DNA from: Scyliorhinus canicula
Taxonomy: Eukaryota
Length of the DNA: 64,000 nucleotides
NCBI RefSeq assembly: GCF_902713615.1
Contig: NC_052153.1
Coordinates: 148,567,772 to 148,631,771 of the forward strand
Direction of reading: 5' to 3'
Part shown: positions 1-13,339 of the stretch, in pieces
Layout: the number at the start of each line of letters is the position of its first letter
Position numbering within the stretch: the first letter of the stretch is position 1
Notes under the pieces: generated by a model
What the model saw: the letters and a program-made list of their open reading frames with translations, nothing else
Database searches by the model: none
Told to the model about the DNA's origin: nothing
Made by a program: the position numbers and the translations under genes

Positions 1-39
1 CTGTGGGAGGAAACCGGAGCACCCGGAGAGGCACCATAC

Positions 40-1340
40 TTGCGCAGCCTTACCGGGCACATCTGTCCCACATGGGGCTGTTTCCCCCCTTGTTCCCCTA
101 ACTTCGGCTCCCCTACCATGATCGGTAACCCCACCTCTGGGTGTGCTACACATGACGGAGATGCCAACAACCGAGGGTGCTCTCCTGACCCTCCTTGGAC
201 CTGTCCTTCCCTGGACACTCCGAACCCCACCTGCTGACCCTGACACATTACCAACGCCTCAGGTGGCGGTCTAACCCCCTTTGCCACTGGGTTATCATCT
301 GCTGTCTGAAGCCCTCCATCTCCTGGGGACCCTCCCGACCCGATGAGGTAGATTCGTCCCGTTGCCGGGGACAGAGCCTCTTCCAGCTTTTTGATCCTCA
401 GCTGACAAGGTCTGTGGTCGCTACCACCCAGCTTACTACATGCTACTCTGTAAGCTGCTTTGTGTCTTTAAACTTCCCCTCCAGCTCCTTGTATCTTTTG
501 GTACCCTGCAAGTGGAGTTCCTGGAAATTCCTCTCCCTCTCCTTTGCCTGTTATCTGGCTTTGGAGATATTCCTGAGTGTTTCTGTTCGACTCAGTTACC
601 TGCCGAATAAACTGCCTGGCTTCAGATAACCCCTCCCAGAGCCTCTCTTCATTCCTAGCCCTAGCTTCTGCATCCCCTTCAGATTCCCTAAGCTGGCTCT
701 CCAGTTTATTAATTTTCCTCTCCATTTTTGCCACCTGCTGTGATTTAAAAAAAAATAAATTTAGAGTACCCAATTATTTTTTCCAATTAAGGGGCAATTT
801 AGCATGGCCAATCCACCTATCCTGCACATCTTTTGGGTTGTGGGGGTGAAACCCACGCAGACACGGGGAGAATGTGCAAACTCCTCACGGACAGTGACCC
901 AGAGCCGGGATTCGAACCCGGGTCCTCAGCGCCGTAGGCAGCAATGCTAACCACTGTGCCACCGTGCTGCCCGCCACCTGCTGTGATAAGCACACTAACC
1001 AGACTGCCTTTTCTTCCTTTCTTATCACAGTTTTTGTTTTATGTCCACTCAGCTGCAGCTTCCGCTGGCTGTTCAGCTCCAGTGTGCGCTACTACCCACT
1101 GTTTCGTGAGGTTAATTTTCTTGAATAGGAAATCCTCTCTTCCATTTTATTCCTTTCTCTCACCCCCTCTGATAAGTCACAAACTCCAGTCCACCGTAGT
1201 CCTGTGGTGGTCGCCATTGTAACAGATGTTGAAACTACAACCCAGAAGTGTCGCACTGGGACAGCTTCACAAGAGAGGGAAAAAGTCTCACTGTCTATAC
1301 CTAACCAGTTAGGTTGTCCTTATGCCACACCAGTTACCAG
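40..1340 (-). mobile_element. LTR-retroelement relic (LTR end, PBS, coiled-coil gag-like region), interrupted by a SINE
   Basis: Minus strand GTTACA-A-TGGCGACCACCACAGGAC (about 1199-1223) looks like an LTR end plus a tRNA-type PBS; downstream frame KAVWLVCLSQQVAKMERKINKLESQLRE rejoins once the SINE is removed. Confidence 0.5.
745..972 (-). mobile_element. tRNA-derived V-SINE-like element (short, A/T-tailed subfamily)
   Basis: A/B-box tRNA head (tggcacagtgg...gggttcgaatccc); 15-bp TSD gccacctgctgtgat at 730-744 and 973-987. Confidence 0.9.
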
Positions 1341-1587
1341 CTGTGGTAGAAATAATAGAGATGGCAACTCATCAGCTAATTCATTTTTAAATGAAGCCTC
1401 AACCTGAAAAGCTGAATCTTGCAGCTTCAGTGGAGTTGAAATTTATGAAAATTCCACTTCTTGTTTAAATTTGATAAGCATTGATCTACATGTTAGTGTA
1501 ATCACAAAGACTAGTTTCTGCCAGTACGAATGTTGCTGAGAAAAGGTGCTTAGTGTATGCCCACCTTAGTAGTTTCAAATTGCTTTC

Positions 1588-1896
1588 ATAGAATCACTAC
1601 AGTGCAGGAGGCCATTCGGCCCATCAAATCTGCAACCCACTGAAAGCGGACCCTACCCATGCCACTACTCTATCCCTGCAACACCATACATCTTTGGATA
1701 CTAAGGGGCAATTTAGCATGGCCAATCCGCCTAACCTGCATATCTTTGGATTATGGGAGGAAACTGGAGCATCTGGAGGAAACGCACGCAGACACAGGGA
1801 TAACGTGCAAACTCCACACAGTCACCCAAGGCTGGAATTGAATCTGCGTCTCTGGCGCTGAGGCAGCAGTCCAAACCACTGTGCCATCGTGCTGCC
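1588..1896 (-). mobile_element. tRNA-derived SINE with CR1-type tail (HE1-like)
   Basis: Same head and core as the other SINEs; tail gatgggccgaatggcctcctgcactgtagtgattctatg. Confidence 0.8.
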
Positions 1897-2047
1897 TAAT
1901 TTGGTGAATGCTGACACAGAAGCAAAGTGATCTGAAGAACATATAGGATGTTATGAAAGTTTCAATACAGCTTTTATAGAGAACGTGACTTAACTAATGT
2001 AGTTGTTTAAAAAAAAATTTCATATTCTCTCAACGTGTACTCAGTTG

Positions 2048-2220
2048 AAATGAAATGAAAATCGCTTATTGTCATGAGTAGGCTTCAATGAAGTTACTGT
2101 GAAAAGCCCCTAGTCGCCACATTCCGGCGCCTGTCCGGGGAGGCTGGTACAGGAATCGAACCATGCTGCTGGCCTGCTTTAAAAGCCAGCAATTTAGCCA
2201 AGTGAGCTAAACCAGCCCCT
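2048..2220 (-). mobile_element. Short tRNA-derived SINE with (TTTCA)n tail
   Basis: ggggctggtttagctca head; tail ...gtggcgactaggggcttttcacagtaacttc...(tttca)n; agttg on both flanks. Related fragments at about 40008-40105, 40775-40930 and 53935-53995. Confidence 0.75.
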
Positions 2221-4044
2221 AGTTGTTTATCAAACCTGAAAGTGTTTTTTCTCGTCTCTCAAGGAGCTGGAATTTGAGAACTCAGTTTTAAAATACGGGG
2301 TTCCTTTCCCCGATTAAAATATCAATTCTTCAGCTGGGTATCTGTTGGAGGGAAGAAAAACCTCAAAATCTGTTCTCGGCCGCGTGGTGTTGGTAAAACT
2401 TTGTTTAATTCGGAAAAACTGTGCGCACACAGGAGAGATAGATTCTGTGACTATCCTATTGCTCGCAAAAGTCAGCTCTGCCTGTCCTCAGAATTACATG
2501 CATATATATTTAAAGTTCTTTGGAGTCAAAAGCAGGTATTGACGTCACTGAATCATTCAGAGCAATACAAAGTGATCAGTATGCATATTTTCTGGTCCCC
2601 ATAATGGGAAAATGATTAAAGAATACAATGTTGCCTTACAATCTCATGGGTTTGTGCTTAACATATTTATCTTCTGGAAGAGGTACGAATATGTTGGACA
2701 ATGGATCCCTTAGACCTACTGGATCTCCTGTGTTTCCCTTTTCATATTCAGATGCTCTGTGTGAGATGATTAAATAATTTCCAATGTGGGTGACTTTGAC
2801 CCCTTGCTTGCAGGTTTTCCCTTGGTATATGTTTAACCCCATGCCTGCTGGTTTGCCCTTGCCCTGTGCCATTACAATACTTTAGACATCTTTATTATAC
2901 CAATCCTGACATATATAACAATTTCTTCCGCTAACAGTATCTAATGGGAAATGAAGTGCCACTGACTTGTAAAAGACTCCAAATGACGAAAATGAGAAAA
3001 CACAAAATCAATAATTTTGTTAAAATGAAAAATAAATTCAATTATTTGCAAAAATTCATTAACAAAAAAGGTCTGATATCATTCACATGTTTTGCTGAAA
3101 AAAGTGCTGTAGACTTACAGAATTAGATTTTCTCCCCTGTTTTAAAAAAAATTTGGAGTACCCAATTATTTTTTTCCAATTAAAGGGCAATTTAGCTCAT
3201 TCTGATAGGTAAAAAGATCATTGATTTAGCCATTTTGATGTAAATACTAAAGCCCATGTCAGCATTCATTTTTTAAATGAATTCCATCATAAGACTGCAA
3301 ACACAACCTCAGATTACAAAAGCCTATAGCTTGCAATAATAAAAGCATGGATTTGAAACATTTGCAGCCTAACTAGAAGCAAATAAAACAATTCAATGAA
3401 GGTCAAAATGTGCACCATATGTTAACATGAATCTCCCATTGTTCAAAACGTGAATAGTATAGCAGTCAGCAAAAAGCAGATCTGATAAAAATTCACATTC
3501 CAACCCACAAAAAACATCCAAAATGCAACATAGTCACATCTTTGTTGCACATTGATGATTGACAACTACCCATCCATCAAATGCATTTGAGACTCATCCA
3601 AGCCAATCAACACATTACAAGGGTAGGAATAGATGAAGATAGATTGATAACATTTTTCTTAAAGATAGAGGTCCAGGCAGCAGTTTTCATTCCGGGATCA
3701 CTCTACATCATTTATCTACCTACTCGCTATCCTTATTTCATATTTCTATTCTAACTCTTAGTCCACGCAAGCTGTTTGTTTTGAGCAAGAAACCATTACT
3801 ATATTTTGAAGTTCAATTTGTTTGTAAGCCACTAAGTTAATTATATATCTCTTAAAGCCTTCTGCAGGGGCTTTCTTGAGAACATTTGATTTGTAACCAC
3901 AAGAAGATTTCAAACTCTCAATTATATTCAATAGACACTATAAAGATTTCATTTCACACCCGAGACGTGTAGCTTAAATTTCTACTGAGTAAAAGTGTAT
4001 TCGAGACTACACTTAACCGCACAGTAGATTTCAACAGAGTAGCT

Positions 4045-4230
4045 AATAATTTTTTTCCAATTAAAGGGCAAGTTAGCGTGGCCAATCCATCTACCCTGCA
4101 CATTTTGGGTCGTGGGAGTGAAACCCACGCAGAAATGGAGAAAATGTGCAAACTCCACACAGACAGTGACCCGGGGTCGGAATCGAACCCGGGTCTTCAG
4201 CGCTGTAACCACTGCGCCACCATGCCGCCC
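4045..4230 (-). mobile_element. tRNA-derived SINE
   Basis: Same head and core as 745-972. Confidence 0.8.
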
Positions 4231-4449
4231 AAAGAATGAGATCCATCACATCCACAAAACTGATCTGAAAGATTACCTGCTGACCATTGGTAAATTTATA
4301 TAAAACTGTGCTTCACAGCATCAGAGGCCTGGCTTCAGCCATTTCAATTCACTCCACGTGATATATAGAAATGGCTGAAGGCATTGGATACTGCAAACGT
4401 TTTTGCCCTGACAACATTCCGGCAATAATACTGAAGACATCTGCTCCAG

Positions 4450-5790
4450 AACTAGCCATGCCCCTAGCCCAAGCTGTTCCAATACAACGATAACAGTGAC
4501 ATTTATTGAGCAATGTGCTCAATATACTGCTCAGGTATATTCTGTTCACAAAAAGCAGGTCAAATCCAAACCAGCCAACTGCAGCCTCTCTGACTACTCT
4601 CAATTATCAGTAAAATGATGGAAGATATCGTCAACAGTGCTATTATGCTTTAAGCAGAATTTACTCAGCCATAACCTCTTCACTGATGTTCCTTTTGGGT
4701 TTTGCCAGAGCCATTCAGCTCTGGATCTCAGCTTTGGTCTAAAAGTGGACAAAAAGAAAGATGATGCAATGTAACTTCCCTTGACATCAAGGTAGCATTT
4801 GATTGTGTGGCATAAAGGAGCCCTAGCAAAACTGGAGTGAATGGAAATTGGGTGGACTCTCCATTGGTTGGAGTCATATCTAGGAAGTCAATCATCTCAG
4901 TTCAAGGAGATTGCTGTTCCAAAGGGTAGTGTTCTAGGCTCAACCATCTTTAGATGCGTCATCAATGACGTTCCCTCTATCCAAAGGGAATTAGGATTAG
5001 AATTATGGATATTCGCGGATGATTTCACAATGTTCAGCATCATTCGCAACTCCTCCGGTAATAAAGCATGTCCACATGCAGCAAGACCTGGACAACATTC
5101 TGGTTTGGGCAGACAAGTGGGAAGTAACATTCTTGCCACACGAGTGCTGGGCAATGACCATCTCCAAAAAGAGTGAGTCTAACCATCTCCCCATGACATC
5201 CAATGGCATTACCACTGCTAATCACCAACAATCAACATCCTGGGGATTATCATTGACAAGAAACTGAACTGGAGCAGGTCAGAGCCTGGGCATTCTGCAG
5301 ACAGTAACTCACCTACTGATTCGCAAAGTCCACTATCTGGAATACTCTTCACTTACCTGGATGAGTGCAGCACCAATATTACAGAAGCTTGACAGTATCC
5401 AGAACAAATCAGCCTGCTTGATTGGCACCTCATCCACCTCTGATGCACAGTAGCAGCAGTGAGTACCGACGGTTCTACATGATGCACTGCAGCAATGAGC
5501 AAGGTTCCTAAGTTGACCACTTAGGTCAACTGCAGTAGATGCATGGGAGCACAACTATCTATATGTTCCCCAATCACTATTCTGACTTGGAAATATCTTG
5601 CCATTTATTCACTGCTGCGGGGTCATAATGCTGGAACTCCCTTTGTAACAACAATGTGAGTGTTCCCTCCAACACATGGTCTATAGGGGTTCAAAAAGGC
5701 AGCCCACAATCACCTTCTCAAGAGCAATTAGGAATAGGCATTAAATTTTAGTCTCGCCAGCGAAGCTCACATTCTAGTGAAGGAATTATA
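4450..5790 (+). mobile_element. Degraded CR1/L2-group LINE (RT and 3' end)
   Basis: VPKGSVLG and IFADD remnants, MQQDLDNILVWADKW; same family as 11050-11690, 35245-35525 (-) and 53085-53570. Confidence 0.75.
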
Positions 5791-6320
5791 AACTATTGAG
5801 TAGCCCCATCCATTAAGGGAGGGTGACTTTTTTCCCCTCTCATCAGAAAATATCTTTAGAAATCATTTATTTCAAAATGCATAATATTGCACAAGATTGC
5901 AATATAATTTTATTATTCAAATATAAAAATTAATTTCAGCCTTTTCACTTTCAAATTGTTTTTTAATTGTGCAGGAGAGGTTGAATAAACATAACTGGAA
6001 ACACCTTTTGGAGTTGACTGCGGTTGGTTTCTGGATCACAGGTCTTCTTTACTCACGAAGTGACAGACTGCCAATCACGTACAAATTTTTTGCCTTTCAT
6101 TTACTTATCCAGAAGAGGCAATGTGGCAATGTATTTATTTGGGGCACAAGTACTACACAATCTCTGGTGGCAAGAGAATCAATCTCAAATATTTTTCTTT
6201 TCAAATTGGACTTCCAGTCTGATCTATACAGGCAGCAAAAGGACTGGAAAAAAGATCCAAATTAATTTCCAAATAGACCAAATCCACCCGCACCAATGTA
6301 TGCAAAACATGTTCCAGTAA

Positions 6321-6544
6321 GGGCAGCATTGTGGTGCAGTGGTTAGCACTGCTGCCTCACGGCACCGAGGTGCCAAGTTCGATCCCGGCTCTGGGTCACT
6401 ATCCGTGTGGAGTTTGCACATTCTCCTCGTGTTTGCGTGGGTTTCGCCCCCACAACCCAAAGATGTGCAGGCTAGGTGGATTGGCTATGCAAAATTGCCC
6501 CTTAAATGGAAAATTGAATTGGGTACTCTAAATGTATTTTTTTA
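6321..6544 (+). mobile_element. tRNA-derived V-SINE-like element with L1-type TSD
   Basis: 16-bp TSD aaaacatgttccagta at 6304-6319 and 6545-6560. Confidence 0.9.
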
Positions 6545-6739
6545 AAAACATGTTCCAGTAGAATTTCTTCTGGTCATACCTATTTTTAAAAAAAAAACAC
6601 GTGAATAGAACGCTATGAAAAGAATTCTTGAAATATCTTGAAAAGGCTTAGAAAACTAACATTAGGTGACCTACAGGTAAAGCTTTCAAAGCACATAGTT
6701 ACTCATAATTAATGTGTTTCAAAAAGTTATAATGGGTTA

Positions 6740-9344
6740 AATCATGATTTATTATTGCACCTGCAGCAAATAAGCAATTTTGATGTGAATTGACTTTTGA
6801 TGCTTAATGAAAGCTCTTAGAATGTTGTAACATTTTAAGTGAAATGTTAAACATATTTGTTTAATCTCATTTGATGGCTCTAGCAAATCTTAGTAATCAC
6901 AAACCATATCTGTAGCTATATTTTATAATGTACAGAAGTTTGAAACATGATAATAGGCCTATTCTAGAACATAAAATGAATACACAGAGAACTAATAATG
7001 CAATGGAATTTAAAATTAAATCTGATCCCTAAAGATTTTACAGCGATTCTCACCCAGCTTAATCTGCCTGCTGCTACAGGGAGTCAGGTCTTCAGGATTT
7101 CCCTCTGACCTGCTTATTCTTATCCATTTGAATACTATAAAAGTTGGCAACAATTAAATTAGATCACCTTAATTTTCTAGTGATTTATTTTCCATCATAA
7201 ATATACATGGGTACACATAAATAAAAATATGCAGGAAACAAATGATTCATCATTTTACAAAATAAAGATAGACATGTTTTAAAACTGAACATTCAAGGGC
7301 ACTCTAATTTGATTTTGTTTATACAGAAATAAAATTACCTGTGCACCCATTGTGCGGAGCATATTTTATTACTTTAACCTTTCAAGCAGACAGCATTGAA
7401 CAGGTTTGAATGGCAAGTGCAGACATATCTTTCCCCGTGCATTGGCAGTAAAAAGCAAAACATTATATTTGGAAAGACAAGAATTAGTGATTCTACAGAC
7501 AGTTAACTGAATACAAAACCTACAAGAAGAAATTAGGCAAATATACATTTTAACACTTTTCAGAGACTCAAAGGACGAATATAGATCCACAGGTCCTATG
7601 GTAGGGAAAGTGCACATTTCTAACCGAGCTAAATACCAGTTAGACTTAAGGATATAGAGACTGTGCCTAACAGCTCATGTATTGCCTGCTTTTGTTTTCC
7701 AAAATTAGCTGTTCAAAACCTCAAAAATGTGAAGCTGATTTAACATCCCATAAATGTTCTCAAATTGATTATATTCTATTTGAAACTATACTTTTTACCA
7801 CCATTTTATAAAACTAATAAAAAAGTACGAAAGATAAGTATGCTTGAAATAAGTTTTCAATTGATTCAAGCACTTGTGAAAATTTAAGCCGCAGTCATAA
7901 AGTCGCGTATTACTGCATATTCAGATAGTGAAAATTTTGTAAACAAGGGTATGAAAAATTTCCATTTGTTATAAAAAAAGTTAGTCAATATACATAAAAT
8001 TTATTAACATAATTAATTATTTCTGCAGGTTCATATCCTCACATAGGAATATCAGATGCATGAAATATGCAAAAGCACATGTTGTTATGGCTCACTAGAT
8101 GGACCATCAGGTGGGATATCTATTTTAAAGTAATACTGGCAAGGAGACTACTTTTTTTTTTATATCTAAACTGTTACTAGAGATGTCCACATTATTTTGT
8201 GTTATTTTACCGAGTTGAAGAAGGCTACAACTCAGTAATTGACACCATTTTTCAGATGACAGTTGAAAGATTGCCCTCATGTACTGCTTTATTCGCTCCA
8301 TAAAAATGGTGCCAGCTATAGCATAACTTGGGTATTTCACACACATGAAGAGCATTGCCTAAAGGGGCTTTTTAAACTCCAACATTTCCAACCACCACAG
8401 GATATTGTGTAAAAAGAAAAAATGTGTTTCTGCAGTGTTCCTCACTTTTCTTCCAGATTTAATTGAGCAGCTCTGAATCATCTTTCAATCACTAAATCCC
8501 TTGGGAAATAGCTCAAAAATTCTGACCATTTCACATGACTGTGCACAAATATCAGTTTACAAAATAAACTACCGTGCAAGTCTTTAGGGGCGAGGAAAAA
8601 ATAGAGACTAGTTTGCCTTCTTTCTTATTCACCCATCTTTAGACACAAGCATCTAGGAAACATTAAGGATCATAGAATCCCGTGCAAAATGACTCAAATC
8701 CCATTTGTGGCAGAATTGTTTCCAGCTCATCATATGCTACCTCCCTCAGTTACAACAGAGGACATTTTGAATTAAATATAATCTTTTTTTTTTAAAGATA
8801 GGCTAACTGCTGCTGCACAAATTTATCTTCCAACTTATTACTCAGCATTAGTTCCAACATTGAACTGGAACTTGGTTGTACTAAGTGGACTGATGAAAGT
8901 GCATTTAAATGATGCCAATATGTTCCTGTGGACTTGGAATAATTGCATTACTTTACTTTTTGTACTTGAAATGCAATCCAGCCATTTGCTGGTTCTGGTT
9001 GTACATGTAACATCCACTACGGGACATCAAATTCTGGAGCTCCACCAACTTTGAGCAAGCAGATTTCATGTCAAGATTCTGAGTGAGGATACAAATGGGT
9101 TTGGAACAGGAACTCAACCATTTTGTCGAATAAACCACACCTCACAAGATAGACTGTCCTGTAACCATGTGTGCTTGTTAGCACAGCACCTGTGAGAAAA
9201 GGTTAACTCACGATATTGATCATTGTATTCTTTAGTGAAGTTACTGAAACAGATTCTGGAAAGCTTCAATTTTTTTCGGGACATCTTTCCAGCAATGAAG
9301 GAAAATTCTGTGAAAAAAGGGATTCATAACATTTTTACTTCCCT
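6740..9344 (-). other. ZFYVE16: Probable ZFYVE16 3' UTR (end uncertain)
   Basis: AT-rich stretch downstream of the stop with no recognisable repeats; candidate minus-strand AATAAA near 8000, 7365, 7185 and 6750. Confidence 0.45.
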
Positions 9345-9512
9345 TCATCCTGAGACAAGGCTTTCCAAAATGAAGAAGAATAATTCCATCTCTAGAGGAC
9401 CACTGCTAGCATAAGAACTCCCACTGTGGATTACTGGGATTAATGCACTATCCAGGTCATTCATGTAGTGTTGTGGAAGTAGTTGGCCCCTTGATCCTGC
9501 TTGATATTCAAC
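9345..9512 (-). CDS. ZFYVE16: ZFYVE16 last coding exon
   Basis: [55 protein letters not shown]; LLPQHY and LIPVIH match the endofin C-terminus; acag| acceptor; 168 nt including TGA. Confidence 0.95.
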   Translation of the reverse strand, partial: VEYQAGSRGQLLPQHYMNDLDSALIPVIHSGSSYASSGPLEMELFFFILESLVSG

Positions 9513-11049
9513 CTGTAAGACACAGATAAATACAAGAACATCAAATGTGCTAAAATCTGGAGAAACCCCAAGTATTATTTTTAAATTTGCATCATTGATG
9601 TATCTAGCTATTTGTAGGCTATTCACTTAGGCCACTGCCTCAGCAAATGCTTCAGAAACTCAAAACAAACTAGTTAAATCTCGAACAACCAAGAAAATTA
9701 GTTTAATAAAATATCTAAGTGGTTGGAACTGCCATCCTACTTCGGCTCAACCGAAACTGCCGCCTGTATCCTAAATTGCAGTAAGTCTTGTTCACCCATC
9801 ACTGTGTTCACTAAACGACATTGGCTCCCAACCCAGCAACACCTCCAATTTAAAACTCTCATGTTTGTGTTCAAATTCCTCCCATGGCTGCACTCCTCCC
9901 TATCCCTGTAATCTTCTTTAGCCGTACACCACAAAGGAATTGCTGCACTCCTCCAATTCTCGTTTCTTGTACATCCCCACTTTCTAACACACTGCTATTA
10001 GTGGCTATATACTCATTTCTCTCCGAACCGCTCTATCATACTTCAAGACGATCCTTAAAACCTAGCATTTTCACCAAGCCTTTTGTCATCTATTCCAATG
10101 TCTCTTTATGTGGCTTGGTGTCAAACCTTTTTTGATAACACTCCTGTGAAGTGCCTTGGGTGGCCTAGCATGTTAAGGGCATTATATAAATGCAAGTTGC
10201 TGTCATTGTTAAAGATGTTGAACTGTGGCAGATGAAATTGAATACAAAGTATAAAGTACAAAATGTAGAAACTAAAATAATTTAAGCAGTCCATGAATGG
10301 TATTGAAGAAACTAAGAATGAAGTTGGGACAGATCCAATGGAACATGGGGAAGTTTGCTTCAACAATATAGTGCTGCCTTCATACCAAACTTAAAGGTAT
10401 CATTCAATCCCTAAGGAAAAATAAAGAAATATCAGATTGAGTTCCCCTAGTGTTTAACAATATAGTTGAAAGAAAACCTGAAGAAACAAGGCTTTTTCCA
10501 TTATTCAGGATGTAATTTTGACCTTAGCGCTTATATGGAAGAATAATCCAAACATTAAAAGGATTAATTCTCTGAAGACAGAGTCATGGGCAATTTTCCA
10601 CATCACCAAGTAAATGCCAGCTTAGCCAGGGAGATTTCAGGAAAACCAGCTTTGGCACTGCATCTGGGATGTTATCAGGGCCATGTTACATGTACTCTGG
10701 CTTTCCCCAATGCCACCCAAAATGAATGGAATTGGTTACAGACTGTCATCTGTGATGATGGGAAACCAGAAGACTATGAGAACGATCAACCATTGCTACC
10801 TCAAAATAAACACAGCAGCACACCAAAGGTTATGACAAGTGTCAGTAATTCTTCACCATGATCAAGATGTGGAATTGAGTGAAATAAATGTGGTGGAGGA
10901 CAAATCCCCGAAATCACTTGAGTAATCAATGTTTGGGCAGGTGGGGGCAGCAGGCTGTAGATTGGTACTGGGTGAATGAGTTAAGAAATCAAATGAATTT
11001 CTTCTTTTGCATTTACCTTGCAAGTACTCATATATCCCATCACAGGAAA

Positions 11050-11690
11050 CTATTGAACTGGACTAGCCATATTAATCAGTGGCTACCAGGGCAGGTCAAA
11101 GGCCAGGAATCCTATGGCGAGTAACTCACCTCCTAACACCCCAAAGCCTGTCCACCATCTACACAGCACAAGTCAGAAATGTAATGGAATACTCTCCACT
11201 TGCCTGGATGAGTGCAGATCAAACAACACTCAAGGATGCTCAACACCATCCAGGACAAAGCAGCCCGCTTGATTGCTCCCCCTTCCACAAACATTCAAAC
11301 CCTCCACCACCAAAGAACAGTGGCAGCCGTGTGTACCATCTACAAGATGCACTCCAGTAACTCACCAAGGTTCCTTAGACAGCACCTTCCAAACCCATGG
11401 CCATTATCATCTAGAAGGGCAAGAGCAGTACATACCTGGGGACCCCACCACCTGGAGGTTCCCCTCCAAGTCACTCACCACCCTGACTTGGAAATATATC
11501 GCTATTCCTTCACTGTTGCAACATCCTAGAAGTCCCTCCCTAACAGCATAGTGAGTGTACCTACATCTCAAGGACTGCAGCGGTTGAAGAAGGCAACTCA
11601 CCACCACGTTTTCAAGGGCAACTAGGGATGGGCAATAAATACTGGCCTAACCAGCGACGGCCACAACCCATAAATGAAGTTAAAAAAAAC
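11050..11690 (+). mobile_element. CR1/L2-group LINE 3' fragment
   Basis: IYTAQVRNVMEYSPLAWMS and TIQDKAARLI remnants; 3' end ggcaataaatactggcct. Confidence 0.75.
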
Positions 11691-12768
11691 CTTTATCTCA
11701 GGGCCCTGAAAATCAACTAAACCTGTCAAAGAGGCTGTGCACTATTCCTTTCACGTAATCAATTCATTAGTACTAAAAGCTAATCCATGACTTTTTTCCA
11801 AAATGGATAAAAGGAAAAACAGGAATAGGACTCTGCCATTTAGCCCATTAAACCTGCTCATCCATTCATTCAGACCATAACTGATCTATTACCTAACTCC
11901 ACATATCCATCTTTGCCCATATCCCTCAATACCACTCTCTAACAAAAATCAATCAATCTCAGTTTTAACATTAGCAACTAATCCAGTGCTCCCATTTGTG
12001 AAAGAGTTCCACAAGTCTACCACCCTTTGAAAGGTTCCCCAACTTCAATCTAACTTTCAGCCGATGCTCCAGAGTCTTAGACTCCCCAACCAGTAGAAAT
12101 AGTTTCTCCCAAGTTGCTCTTAATACCTTAAAAACTTTGATCAAAGCACCCCTTGGAATTCCAGGAATACACCATATTTACTTCTCGTAGTTTACCCCTT
12201 GCAATCCAGGTCAATATTCCCTGTAAACTGTACGACTGCGCAGAACCAGGAAGTCCTCATGTAGGTTGATGCATTTTGGTCCCTTGACATTCCTGTGCTT
12301 GCACAACCACACATGTTGGCCCAAGTATGATTGTAGTAAATCTAAACTGTACACATTGCAAGGTCAAAAATGATCCGTGGACAATTTTCATAAGCTGATA
12401 CTCTTCCTAATTTTGTTCTTTTGTGTTCCAGTTTTTGACCCAAAGCCTACTTGACCAAATGTGGCACAGCTCTAATGGCACTGTAGGAGTACTAAAAGTA
12501 CACGGGGAAGCACATTGTATTGAAGACCAAAAAAAAGGTGAGGGAGGGAATGAGGGAAGAGACATGAATCAAATATGCTGAAGTATTCTAACAGTATGTA
12601 CTGCAGCAACACAAAACATATTCAAACTCAATATCATACTTTTGTGATAAAGATATTTTTTACATAATTAAGATTGAAAGTCAGGTGACAAGTTGTGCCA
12701 TTAATGTGCATGCAGAAAATGGAAGGATTTGTTAAAAAATACAGTTATATGTTTTTTGTCATCTTTAC

Positions 12769-12945
12769 CTTGTCAGTTTCTAAAGAGACCCTGAGGCTCA
12801 GCTTATTTATTCCAATTTCTTTCAAGACCTTTAGGTGAGGGCACAATGCAGCACAGCATGCATTGGCAATCTGCTCAGTCAGTTCACTCTGTACAGCTGG
12901 AACAGTAGGACTAAGAGGATCATGATTTCTTTGCAAATAGAATAC
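12769..12945 (-). CDS. ZFYVE16: ZFYVE16 penultimate coding exon
   Basis: VFYLQRNHD...EQIANACCAALCPHLKVLKEIGINKLSLRVSLETDK; ctag| acceptor, |gtaaag donor; 177 nt. Confidence 0.95.
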
Positions 12946-13064
12946 CTAGAATAATAATCAATGCATTTTCAAGTTAATGATCAGGGTTATTATTTGTCTC
13001 AAAACACTGTATATTTTCCAAAAGTGACACCTCCAGTTTCATAAAATATACTAGAATACCATTA

Positions 13065-13312
13065 AATCCTACAGTGCAGAAGGCGGCCATTCAGCCCATT
13101 GAACCTGCACCAACCGTCTGAAAGAGCACCCTACCTAGGCCACTGCCCCACCCTATCCCATAACCCCACCTAACCTGCACATCTTTTAACAGTGGGAGAA
13201 AACCAGGGCACCTGGAGGAAACCTAAGCAGACACGAGGAGAAGTCACCCAAGGCCAGAATTGAACATGGTCCCTGGCATTGTGAGGCTGCACTGCTAAGC
13301 ACCGTGCCACCA
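13065..13312 (-). mobile_element. tRNA-derived SINE with CR1-type tail
   Basis: Head and tail similar to 1588-1896. Confidence 0.7.
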
Positions 13313-13339
13313 CAGCAGTTATAGCAGCAAAGTGATCAA

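Noticed and set aside
745-972. tRNA-like A/B boxes as possible tRNA genes (many copies)
   Set aside because: They continue into SINE bodies with tails and TSDs, so they are SINE heads.
2636-2872. 78-aa minus ORF as a possible exon of a downstream gene such as FAM151B
   Set aside because: No recognisable similarity and no convincing splice-site pair.
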